From positions 98 through 64,097 of the forward strand of contig JAZLGB010000012.1 of NCBI GenBank assembly GCA_045616085.1: a DNA stretch of 64,000 bases, written 5' to 3'. Under the pieces are notes generated by a model. The model had not been told where the DNA came from, did no database searches, and saw only the letters and a list, made by a program, of their open reading frames with translations. Shown in pieces: positions 1-10,400 of this stretch. The first letter of the stretch is position 1; each line of letters begins with the position of its first letter. Source of the DNA: Treponema sp. (GTDB lineage Bacteria; Spirochaetota; Spirochaetia; Treponematales; Treponemataceae). Made by a program: the position numbers and the translations under genes.

Positions 1-110
1 AATCCCAAAAGACTTTTAATAACTCCCTTAGCTATTTCTGGATCTCGCATTATTTTACTGAATAAAAAGTCGTCAGTAAAAAACAGTTCGTCATAAGATT
101 TTTCTTTCAT
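1..110 (-). CDS. Rpn family recombination-promoting nuclease/putative transposase, N-terminal part (runs off window start)
   Basis: Manual translation MKEKSYDELFFTDDFLFSKIMRDPEIAKGVIKSLLG matches the typical Rpn N-terminus (xxDFxFxKxM); GGGAG SD at 116-120; not in the ORF track. Confidence 0.7.
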   Translation of the reverse strand, partial: MKEKSYDELFFTDDFLFSKIMRDPEIAKGVIKSLLG

Positions 111-123
111 TTTATCTCCCTAA

Positions 124-160
124 CTTATATATCGCACGTAAGGATAAAAAAATGCAAAGT
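124..160 (-). promoter_or_regulatory. Conserved rpn upstream element, copy 1
   Basis: Reverse complement ACTTTGCATTTTTTTATCCTTACGTGCGATATATAAG; 34/37 identical to 11819-11855. Confidence 0.7.
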
Positions 161-199
161 TCGGGATATTTTTTTGAATTTTTAATCATTTTCGTAAAA

Positions 200-236
200 G
201 TTTTGCATTTTTTGAATCAAACTCGCGATATATCTT
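200..236 (+). promoter_or_regulatory. Conserved rpn upstream element, copy 2
   Basis: TTTGCATTTTTT...CGCGATATAT with the same TTGCAT-N18-GATATAT spacing, just before SD GGAGG. Confidence 0.65.
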
Positions 237-249
237 TATGGAGGAATTT

Positions 250-1179
250 ATGCCAAAAGAAAATCGCGAAGTGAAAAATACTGTTTTTGTGGATATCTTC
301 AGCAAGCCGGAAAATTTTCTTAGTTTATACAATGCGATCAACAATAGTGACTTGAAAATCGAAAACACGGTTATCGAGAACAAGCGTATCAGCAGCAGTG
401 TGTTCAAAGGGATTCAGAATGATGTAAGCATGCTGGTGAACGGAAAGGTCATCATCCTTATGGAGCATCAGTCTACAATCAACGACAACATGCCGTTAAG
501 GTGCCTGCTTTATGCTGCTCGACTCTATGAATCCTTGGTGCCATCAAAGTTCAGGTATAAAAAGGAACTGCTAAAGATTCCTAAACCTGAATTCTATGTG
601 ATCTATAATGGCGTGCAGGACTATCCGGCAGAGAAAGAGCTTTGTCTGTCTGATGCTTTTTTTGATACAGACGAAAATTCTCAGCTGGAGCTAAAGGTCA
701 AAGTGCTTAACATTAACTCGTCAAAAAACTTGCCCCAGGCCAAGAAATGCTCTATATTGGAACAGTACACCAAGTTTATCGAAAACGTACGGTATTTCGG
801 AAACCTGGAGGTTGAAGACTGCTTCAGGAAGGCCATCCAGAAATCAATTTCCGAAAACATCCTTGTGGACTACTTGGAATCCCACGCCGCGGAGGTAATT
901 AGCATGCTGATGGTAGATTACGATTACGACACCGACATTGCAGTTCAGCGAGAGGAAGCCAGAGAACATGGCTATAGAGATGGCCAGGCAGAAGGTATGG
1001 CGAAAGGATTAGCTGAAGGTAGAGCCGAGGGCCTGGCCGAAGGAAGGGCAGAAGGCAAAGCAGAAGGTAAAACTGAAGCAACAATTCAAATAGCAAAAAA
1101 TCTGTTGTTGCAGGGTATTTCTTTGGAGAATGTTTCAAAAGCTACAGGTCTTAGTATGGAACAGATTAATGAATTATAA
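250..1179 (+). CDS. Rpn family recombination-promoting nuclease/putative transposase
   Basis: NDVS...ILMEHQSTINDNMPLR motif, PEFYVIYNG, C-terminal (GxAE)n repeats and IAKNLL..G...VSKATGLS tail; GGAGG at 240-244 favours ATG 250. Confidence 0.9.
   Translation: MPKENREVKNTVFVDIFSKPENFLSLYNAINNSDLKIENTVIENKRISSSVFKGIQNDVSMLVNGKVIILMEHQSTINDNMPLRCLLYAARLYESLVPSKFRYKKELLKIPKPEFYVIYNGVQDYPAEKELCLSDAFFDTDENSQLELKVKVLNINSSKNLPQAKKCSILEQYTKFIENVRYFGNLEVEDCFRKAIQKSISENILVDYLESHAAEVISMLMVDYDYDTDIAVQREEAREHGYRDGQAEGMAKGLAEGRAEGLAEGRAEGKAEGKTEATIQIAKNLLLQGISLENVSKATGLSMEQINEL
904..1179 (+). CDS. Putative intragenic RpnS (91 aa C-terminal antitoxin isoform)
   Basis: GGAGGT at 891-896 precedes in-frame ATG 904 at the start of the C-terminal domain. 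Confidence 0.6.
   Translation: MLMVDYDYDTDIAVQREEAREHGYRDGQAEGMAKGLAEGRAEGLAEGRAEGKAEGKTEATIQIAKNLLLQGISLENVSKATGLSMEQINEL
982..1077 (+). repeat. 8 x 12-nt degenerate coding tandem repeat (GxAE)
   Basis: GQAE-GMAK-GLAE-GRAE-GLAE-GRAE-GKAE-GKTE. Confidence 0.8.
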
Positions 1180-1206
1180 AAAATCTTGAAATTATAATAC
1201 GATTAT

Positions 1207-1262
1207 AAGTGCACCCTGAATGTGGACAAAGACAGTTCATTATTTAGAGGTGCATTTTTTTT
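1207..1262 (+). terminator. Long hairpin plus T-run after rpn
   Basis: AAGTGCACC...GGTGCATTT stem followed by a T-run. Confidence 0.6.
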
Positions 1263-1465
1263 CTCTAAATCTACTAAAAAAATAATATTTATAAATTTAT
1301 ATAAAAAATTTGCTTTATCAGGAATTCTAGGGTAAATTTTAAGCAAAATAGTGTCCTGAAAACACAATTTTTACATTTTTATAAAAAAGTTTATATAAAA
1401 AAAGTTTAATGATTGAGAAGGTTTATTTGATGATTTAGTTGGTGGGATTTTAATTGGAGGCTGTT

Positions 1466-4400
1466 ATGTCTAAAAACAGTGTTTTATGTGCTATTATTGT
1501 GTCTTTGTTAGCAGCTTTTTGCTTTGTTTCGTGTGAAGTTGGCTTAGGAGAAGCTGTTGATACACAACCGCCTGTTGTCCAGATTAATTATCCTGATAAA
1601 ACCCAAAAATCTGTAATCAAAGACTGGTTCTACCTTTCTGGTGACTGTTCAGATGAAACCGGCATTAATTCTGTATCCATAACCTTTAAAAAGAAGAACT
1701 CGAACGTAACTTATGGTCCTTTTGAAGCTGATATTGATGATGAAGAAGACAGATGGTCATATAAGGCAAATGTTCCTGATGAAAATGGTTCCTATCCGAT
1801 TGCTGATGGAACTTACAACGTAACAATTCTTGCCATAGATAACGGTAAGCGAAAGCAGACCGATTCAATCGACATTACAATTGATAACACATCGCCTATT
1901 TTGATCATTCAGACTCCAAAAACTACAACTGCCAGTTCTAGTGCAACTGTCTTTGGTACAACATTGAAATTTACCGGTACCGCACTTGATGAAAACGAAA
2001 TCGATAATTTTGAGATCACTGTTTATGACAACTCAGGGAATATGTTGGGCAAAGCTTCAACAACAGACGTTTCAAAAAGTCTTGAAGTAACTCTTGGTGT
2101 GTTTGGTGAAGAGGATGGTTTCTACAATGAAATCTATTCGCCTGATGATGGAAAAATTGAGCAGTTAAACTACAAATACACAGTAAAGATGTCTGATTCT
2201 GCCAGGAAGTATCAGGGGGATAGCTCTTCCAGAGCAGCTGCAGAAGATTCTGAAGGCAACACAACAACAAGTTATTACTTAAGAGCTGACAATGATTTTA
2301 ATCAGAATGTAATTCAGAAGATTTCGACTGGTATTTTCCGCAATGAAAAGGGTAATAAGGTGACTTCTGTTGATGCGCTTTATTATTACAAGAGCGGACT
2401 TTACTCAGTTGAACCTGGTTCTAAAGCAGACGTTGATAAATATTTGGAAGAATGTCTTAAAAATCCTGCAGGTGACGAAAATCCTATAGGAACTTTTGCC
2501 CTCAAACCTAAAAACAATCCTTATTTTACAGTAAGTGGGTTGAGCATTCATGATGGAACTGATCACTGGGGAAACTTTCAGAAAGGATCTTCTGAAAAAC
2601 TGGTAATTAGTGTCATTGAAGGGTTGAGCGAAGAAGCTTTGGATTCTGATAGTTTTGCAGTTTTCCTTCAGCCGGTAAATGGAACTCTTGAAGCAGGGAA
2701 ATTGATTCCGTTAGAAAATTCTTCTCCTATTCCTCTTTTGTATGCTGTTAAAAACGAAAATCATCCGGAATGTGTTGATGAAGCTAAAGGTAAAAAAGAT
2801 CGTGATGATATAATTACCAGCGGTGCAGGTTCTGACACAATAACTCTTTCATTGGACGGAAATGTTGCTGCAAATTGTTTCTATAAAATTGTTGTTTACG
2901 GATACGATCAGCAGTTAAGTGATATTGATAACGGAAATGATGTTTACGCCTTTAAGGTAGCGGCAGCTGCTCTTGCTCCTAAGCTTAAGGTTACAACTCC
3001 TGTTGATACAACAACTTATGAACAGGGTAATGTTGACGGAACTATCGACCTGGCCGGTACTGTAACAACTCAGTCTGGAGATACTGATTTCAAGATTGAG
3101 GCTTATTTTGTTACATTTACCGGATCAGAAGAAAAAGAAACAAAGATTAACACTGAAGCAGCAGTAGAAGGTGCTGTAAGTGGTGTTTCCGCTTGGTCTT
3201 TGAAGATCAGCAAAAAAGACAGTAATTTTTCAACAACAGAGTCATCTGATTACACAATTCGTATTAAGGCAAGTGATAATGGTGGCGGCGATACTGCCGT
3301 TCGTGACATTACAGTGCGTTATGATGTTGAATCTCCAAAAGTTGAATGGAACTCTGTACTTCCTGTACTTGAATATGAGGAAGAAACCGTACTTAAAGTA
3401 ATCCCTCCTGAAAATGAAGTTGAAGAACCAAAAAAGATTATCGTTAAGCCTAATTTCGGTTATGTAAACGGTAAAATTACAATCAAGGGCTCTATAAGTG
3501 ATGATCTGGCTCTTCCTGTTCTTAAGGATGGAGCTTGTTATGGCGTTCTTCATGTTAATAATGGTGATGAAACTGCAGAAAATGCAATAAAAAGAGAAAT
3601 CAAGAAGACTATTTTCTCCGAAGAAATTGATACTAAAGATCTTGGCGCCGATTTGCATATTTACATGACTGTAACCGATCGAGCAGGAAACAGTGAAAAG
3701 TATGAATATAAATATGTTCGGTCAGATAAAACAGAAGTTAATCTTATTGTTGAACAGGAAACTGACATTCCTTATGTAAAGTTTAACAATGCCACAATAG
3801 AATTGGCAGAAAAGGATATCAGTTCTGAAGCAAATAAGAATTTGTTCGGTCTTGGAAGTTCAACTGTTTACATTTCTGGTTCAGATGATGATGGAATCAA
3901 GGAAATAGTTTGGAATGTAGATAATAAAACTGGACTTACAGAAACAAAATTCCATGGAAAAATTGATGGAGGAAATTCAACTAACGTAACATCCTCTATT
4001 TCATTGCCATTAAGTTCTCTTACAGAAGGTATTCATACATTGAATATCAGCATTGAAGATAAGAATGGAAATAAAAAGGTTTATGGTGGAACTAAATTTG
4101 CTTACGACAACAATGTTCCTAGCATTACAACTGATTTTACAAATGAATTTGGCGGTGGAGAATTTACAGTTGCGTTAACAGCTTCTGATACAAGTGGAAT
4201 CCAAAAAATTTATGCTTTGGATGCACCTGAAAATACATCTGTCGCAATAGACGATTTAGTTGCATCGGGTAAAGACGGTTCTGCAAAAGCTACAGTAACA
4301 AATACAGCTGATGGAACTTATAGCCAGACTTTCGTAGCTAAGGATAAATATGACCGAGAAGGTTCTGTTACAATCAGCTATAAAGTTGATAAGACAGATC

Positions 4401-7400
4401 CTGATTTTGATCCGACAAAGATTACCCTTAACGGAACTGTAAACGGTGTAAGCACTACAATAAAACTTTCGGAATACGACTCAGACTCTCAGTGGTTTAG
4501 CAATGGCAATATTCGTATTGATGGAAATGCTGGTTCTATCGTAGAAACAAATCCAAATGCATTAAGCATTTCTTATGGAACAGGTAAATCGGCAAATCCA
4601 AATATCGGTACAAATAACACATTCTCTGCAACAATCTCTTTTGAAGATACAGTTTCTGACAGCTTTAAGATTGAAGTTTCTGATAAGGCATTGAATACAG
4701 CAAGTTGCGGGCCATATACAATCAGAGTTGACTCGACAACTCCTGATGTACCATCGATTTCTTTGTTCTCGGACGCTGCTGGTAAAACACCTCTTGGGGC
4801 TTTCGTTAAAGAAGAAAAAATCTATGCTAAAATCTCTGCTTCTGACACAACAAGTGGAATCAAAAAGGTTGAAGTTTATCAGGATGCAACTTATGCAGCT
4901 GGAAAACTTCTTGCAGTTGATGTACTTTCAAGTTCATTAAAAAATTATGAAAATGATGAAAAATTATTAGAAATTCCTCTAAAAACAAAAAATCTTGCAG
5001 CAGGTCAGTATGAATTTGGCGTAAAGGTTTACGATGCGGCAGGCAATACAAATACTACAACAGCTGCTAAATTCACATACGATATCACTCCTCCAGCTGT
5101 AACTTACTTGTATCCAAGCGATGCTGACACTTCTGCTGATGGAGTCCAGGTAAACAAGACAATTTCTTTAAGTGGTACCCTCAGCGACACAAATCTTCCA
5201 ATCTCTAAAGATGATTTTGCAGCAAAACTTTATGTTCTTGAAACTGGAAAAACAGATTTTGCTGAAGTTGCGGGAACTTTCTCTGTAACAGGCTCAAACT
5301 GGACATTCAGCGGAATTGATACAACAAAATATTCTGACGGAAATGCCGTGTTCCAGCTTGTTGTATCTGATAAGGCCGGAAATAGAGATGAAATTCCAGC
5401 AAAAACTGCTACTGCCTCAACAATTACAGTTGATATAAAACAGGACTCTGACAGACCAATCATCACTTTGAACGCAATCAATACAGATGGTTCAACAACA
5501 CTTTCCAGCGGAGTAATCAAAGGTTCCGTTTCTGATGATGATGGACTTTCTGGAATCGAAGTATATGTTAAGATCGTAAATGTAAGCAAAAAAGAAAAAT
5601 TCTCTGACTCTGGATGGGGTACAAAGCTTGATGTAGATTCAAATGGTGTATGGGAAACTTCTGTTACTGATGAAGCCAACTATGAACTCTACGTTAAGGT
5701 TGTTGATAAGAATAAAGAAATTTTCTGGACAGCTGATAAAGCAGAAGCTAACCAGCTTTATCCAAAAATCGTATTTGACGGTGGTGCTGCAGTAAGTTCT
5801 GTCATCAAATTCAGCGTTGATAAGAATCCTCCTAAGATCGAAAAGTTCATGTATGCAATTTTTGATACAAAGGAAGCAACAACTCCTAAGACTGGATATG
5901 ATTACAAGGATCTTACAAACAATACAGCCTTTGGTGGCAAAGACTTTAAGTATGCAAAATTCAAAATTGAAATTTCAGATGATGTAATTACAGATGCAAG
6001 TACATTGACCGCAAAATTCAGCATTGCAGAAAAAGATTATGAAATGTCTTACAACGAAGGATTCTTCGTAACAAACGACATGATTGATTTTACAACAACT
6101 ACAAGTGGTCAGTATTACGCAGTTGCTTATGCTTATGACAAATCTGGCAGCCCTAGAACTTGGACCGTAAACGTAAGCATCGATAATGATCCACCAACAT
6201 CAATTTCAAATATCAACCACCCTTCAACAGAAGAACTTACTGGTAATGTTAAGCTTACTGGTCAGGTTGCAGATGATTCAAAGGGAAATTCTGGTGTAAA
6301 GGCAGTTTATTATGCAATTCCTACAAGCTCAGAAACTGAATCAACTGTAAAGTGGAACAATGTTAATTTCAGCGTTACATGGGAATTTGAAATCCCAAGT
6401 TCAGCTCTTGTAACTGGAACAGAAATTCTTAGTAAATATTCTAGTTATCAGGTTGGAACTACAGGAATCTATAACATTCCAGTCTGGTTCAAGATTGTAG
6501 ATAAGAGTGGAAACGTTGGTTATTACAAATCTTACACAATGCGCTATAACCCAAATGCGGATAGACCTCACGTTTCAATTGCTTATCCTTCTGATTACGA
6601 AATCCTTGGTGGAACAATCCGCTTTAACGGTACTGCAGAGGATGGAAACAACGAAGGAATTTCAGCTGTTTACCTTCAGTTTGATATGAATGGGGATGGC
6701 GTCTTTGAAAATGGTAAAGATATTCTTGAAGGATTTGATGGTGGTGTAACAATTCCACTTACTTCAGAAAAAGGTATTCTTGCAAAGGGAACTCAGAACT
6801 GGTCTTATTCACTTGATGCTTCAAGCCTTGTGGGACTTACTTATTCAGAAACTGGCAAATCGTTGAATGTTCGTGCTATCTCAATTGATAACGACCCTAC
6901 AGCAAAGCTTGCCAGTGCCTGGTCTGACGTTCTTCACGTTTCGGTAAACAATGCAGTGCCAAGCTATCAGAGTGTTGAGCTTAGAAAGTATGCCTCTGCA
7001 GCAGCTGCGGCAAACTCTGCGTCAGTTGCTGATTCTGTGGTTTCTTATACAAGCGGTGATTATATTTCAGGTTCTGGCTGGTATGTTGTGGGAACAGTTC
7101 ATAGTGGAGCCGGATTTGCAAAATCATCTCCTATTGTTGCTAAGCGAGAAGATGGTATAAACATTTTGACAGATATTTCAATCATCACTTTGCCAAACGA
7201 AGCTACAGCATCATTTAAAGATGAAGCAAAAACAGAAAAGCTTTATCACGATTATGAATTCAGAATCCCTGTTGAAGTGGCTTCGGGCACAGAATGGAAG
7301 CTTACCGTTACAGCAAAGGATGATTCTAACAAGACATCTTCAGTGGATTATGTTCTTAATATTGATAACACACCTCCAGAATTCTACAACAACGATCGTT

Positions 7401-10400
7401 ATACAGTTGCTGCCGACATTTCAAAATATGGAACAGGTAAGCTTTATGGCGGTGTTTACGGTTCTGAAATGGTTGTAAATTCAGAAGGTGTAAGAAACAC
7501 AGAAGGAAGCTTTACTCTTGCAGGTCGTGTAACAGAGGAAGGCAGCGGATTTAAGCGTCTTGTATTCTATTTCAAACGTACAGGAACAGCGAACCGTGTT
7601 TATAATCCTATGAAACATTACGGGGATGACAGAATTGCCAACCGTACAGATATTTCTTACGACATTAAGGACAAAACTTCTGGATTTAAGCCAGCTTCAG
7701 GTGATTTCTTCATCAATAGCGAAAAATTGCCTGTATTGTATCTGGAAGGACTTACAAGAAACAGCGATGATCTTCGTGTAATTACTTTGCCATCTGCTCA
7801 GGCTGCAAATGACAATATCCGCAACTGTGGCGTTGTTAAGATTGGTGGTGCTTACAGACTTATTAAGACCGTAAGCGCAGGAGTCGTAACTCTTGAAGAG
7901 GAAGTTAGCTCAGCTTATACTTCCGCAGAATTTGTATACGGTATGGTAATGGATAAGAATGAAGGTAAGCTTGCCAATGATGATGGTGACGGCATGATCG
8001 AATCTTACTCAAAGGCCGGTTATAACTACACTTGGGATGCAAACTTTGATTCAAATAACATTCCTGACGGTCCAATTGAGTTGTGTACCGTAGTATTTGA
8101 CGCTGCCGGAAACAGCAGCTTCTATACAACAAAGACAAAGATTAGTAACAATGCACCTCGAATTGCTCGCCTTAAGCTTGCGACAGACTTGAACTACAAC
8201 AATTCATTCGAAGAAAGTGAAACTGAAACTTTCTATGCTCTGGAAAAGGATTCTGGAAACGGTGACGCAACTGAAGGTGTTGAAGTATGGAATCTTGATA
8301 CAAAGAAAGAGATGAACAGTGCTTCATACTGGACAATCAAGAATGGAATGCAGGTAACTCCGGAAATTGTTGGTGGAACAGCACCATACTATTGGGTATT
8401 TACACCAGCAGCAGGAGTTGGAGAGGCAAAGAATAAGAAAGATCCTGTTGCCGGAACTGCTTCTGATTCAAATAAGCTTGCAACAACAAAGAGTTCTTTT
8501 GTTATTCCTAATTCAACCTTCACTTCAACTTATGAGGATAAGGCAAACACTTACACAATCAGTTTCTGGGATTCAACAGAAGAGACAACTCCTTGTAGCA
8601 CTTCTCAGTGGACAATGATCAACGCTCAGCTTGCCCAAGATGTTACAGATACAGTTGCTCCAAAGGTTGTTGTACAGCCATTCTATTGGCACAAGGCTGG
8701 ATCTGGTTCTGCAGGTGCCGTAAACACAACAACAGTTACAAAGAGACATACATATTCTGAAGTAAAGGGTAACTCTGCTTATTCTGTACTTTATGATGCT
8801 GCGGGCAACATGCTTTCTGGAAAGATTGATGACAGCGCAGTTGTTTACTCAAAAGAAACAGTTCCTGTTAACAGTTTGTATGAAACTTTGGCTTCAAATG
8901 GCCATGTTGAACTTCCATCAGATTTGGAATTTACGGGAAGTAAGTTCACTCAGAGTTCTGGGGTTTATGATAAGGATCCAAAAGTCAGCGGAAAGATCGT
9001 AATCCGCGGTACTGCTTACGATGATGTAAGCCTTAGCTCTTTGTGGTTCAGTGTTGAAACTGGCACAACTAAAAAGTTTACTCCTGCAGGCTATCTTACA
9101 ACTGCTGGCTATGGAACTAGTGGTGTAAAGGGCAACTATTATCAGGCAGCGGTTTATAACTCTGGATGGAGTACTGCTTCAGCAAATGTTGATGACAACG
9201 GTTGGGCATTTGATGTTGAACAGGTTTACTTTAATCAGTTTGGTCATAAAGTTTTGTGGACTTTGACATTGGATACATCGAAGGTTGAAGGTATTGCTCT
9301 TGCTGATGTAGTTGTAAAGGTGATGGCTGTAGATCACTTGAAAAATGATGATCATACATCTACAAAAACAAGTACCAGCGCTTCAACTGTTGATTCTCAA
9401 GGACACGCTCCAAGCATCAGGATGGACGTAGTTCCTTATATTACAAAGGTTACAACTGCCTTGAGTTCACTTTCTAAGAAGACTCCAAGTATGTATGACC
9501 GAACTGCTTTGGGTCACTATCCAGTACGAGTAGTCGGAAAAGATACAACAATCACTTCTGGCGAAACAGTAAAATTGAGCGGATTTAATCTTGGCTCTAT
9601 TGAAGATCTTGATGTAACAACATTGAGCACATCAGCAGATTCAAAAACAAAGGCGACTTCATGTGAATATTTCGTAACTGTAAACGGCATCAAGTCGTTG
9701 AATAACGAAAACAATGACAATGCCCGCGGTTCTTATGGAACAGAAATCTCAGGCGCTAGCTCATACGACGAAAAGAAGAATTACGCATATAACCGTCAGC
9801 CAAACAACGCAAACAACAATCTGCTCACAGATGACGTTTACTTTGACGTTTGGCAGTTCAACAGCGAAGCCGCAATCCCAATCTCTGGTAAGATCGAACA
9901 GCCTGTAATGAAGATCCGCCCAACCGACGGTAAGATCGGATTCGCTTTCGTAAACGGTCCGTTGTACTTCTCAATGGGGGGAAGTGAAAACAATGCAGAT
10001 GGTCCGGCTCATGACAAACAGGATTATTCTTATCAGTACTGGCTTGGAAGCTATGACTTCTTTACGTCAGTAGGATTTACTTATGATAAGAATGGTAATT
10101 CCTGGGGCGTAGCAGCTGGTGGAGATATTAACAGTGCTTCTGCAGATAAATTCCAGTTGATGACAAGTCTCTGGGGTAAAGCTGGAACATATCAGTCTGG
10201 CTCATATACAAAAGAAAACTCAATCCGTATGGAATCAATTGGACAGAAAGGTGATGTTGATGGAAACAATTCAGGAACAAGAAACTTTGATAAACAGAGA
10301 ATTAAATCACCAAGTCTTGCAACAACAGTAAAATCAGATGGTTCGTCTAATTTGTATATGGCTTATTACGATGCTATGAACTCTGAAATAAGATTCAAAT

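Noticed and set aside
186-407. Short overlapping or antisense ORFs throughout the ORF track
   Set aside because: They overlap well-supported genes and lack SD or motif support.
1270-1410. AT-rich ATAAAAAAGTTT tandem upstream of the giant lipoprotein
   Set aside because: Low-complexity sequence; cannot be distinguished from chance or an UP element.
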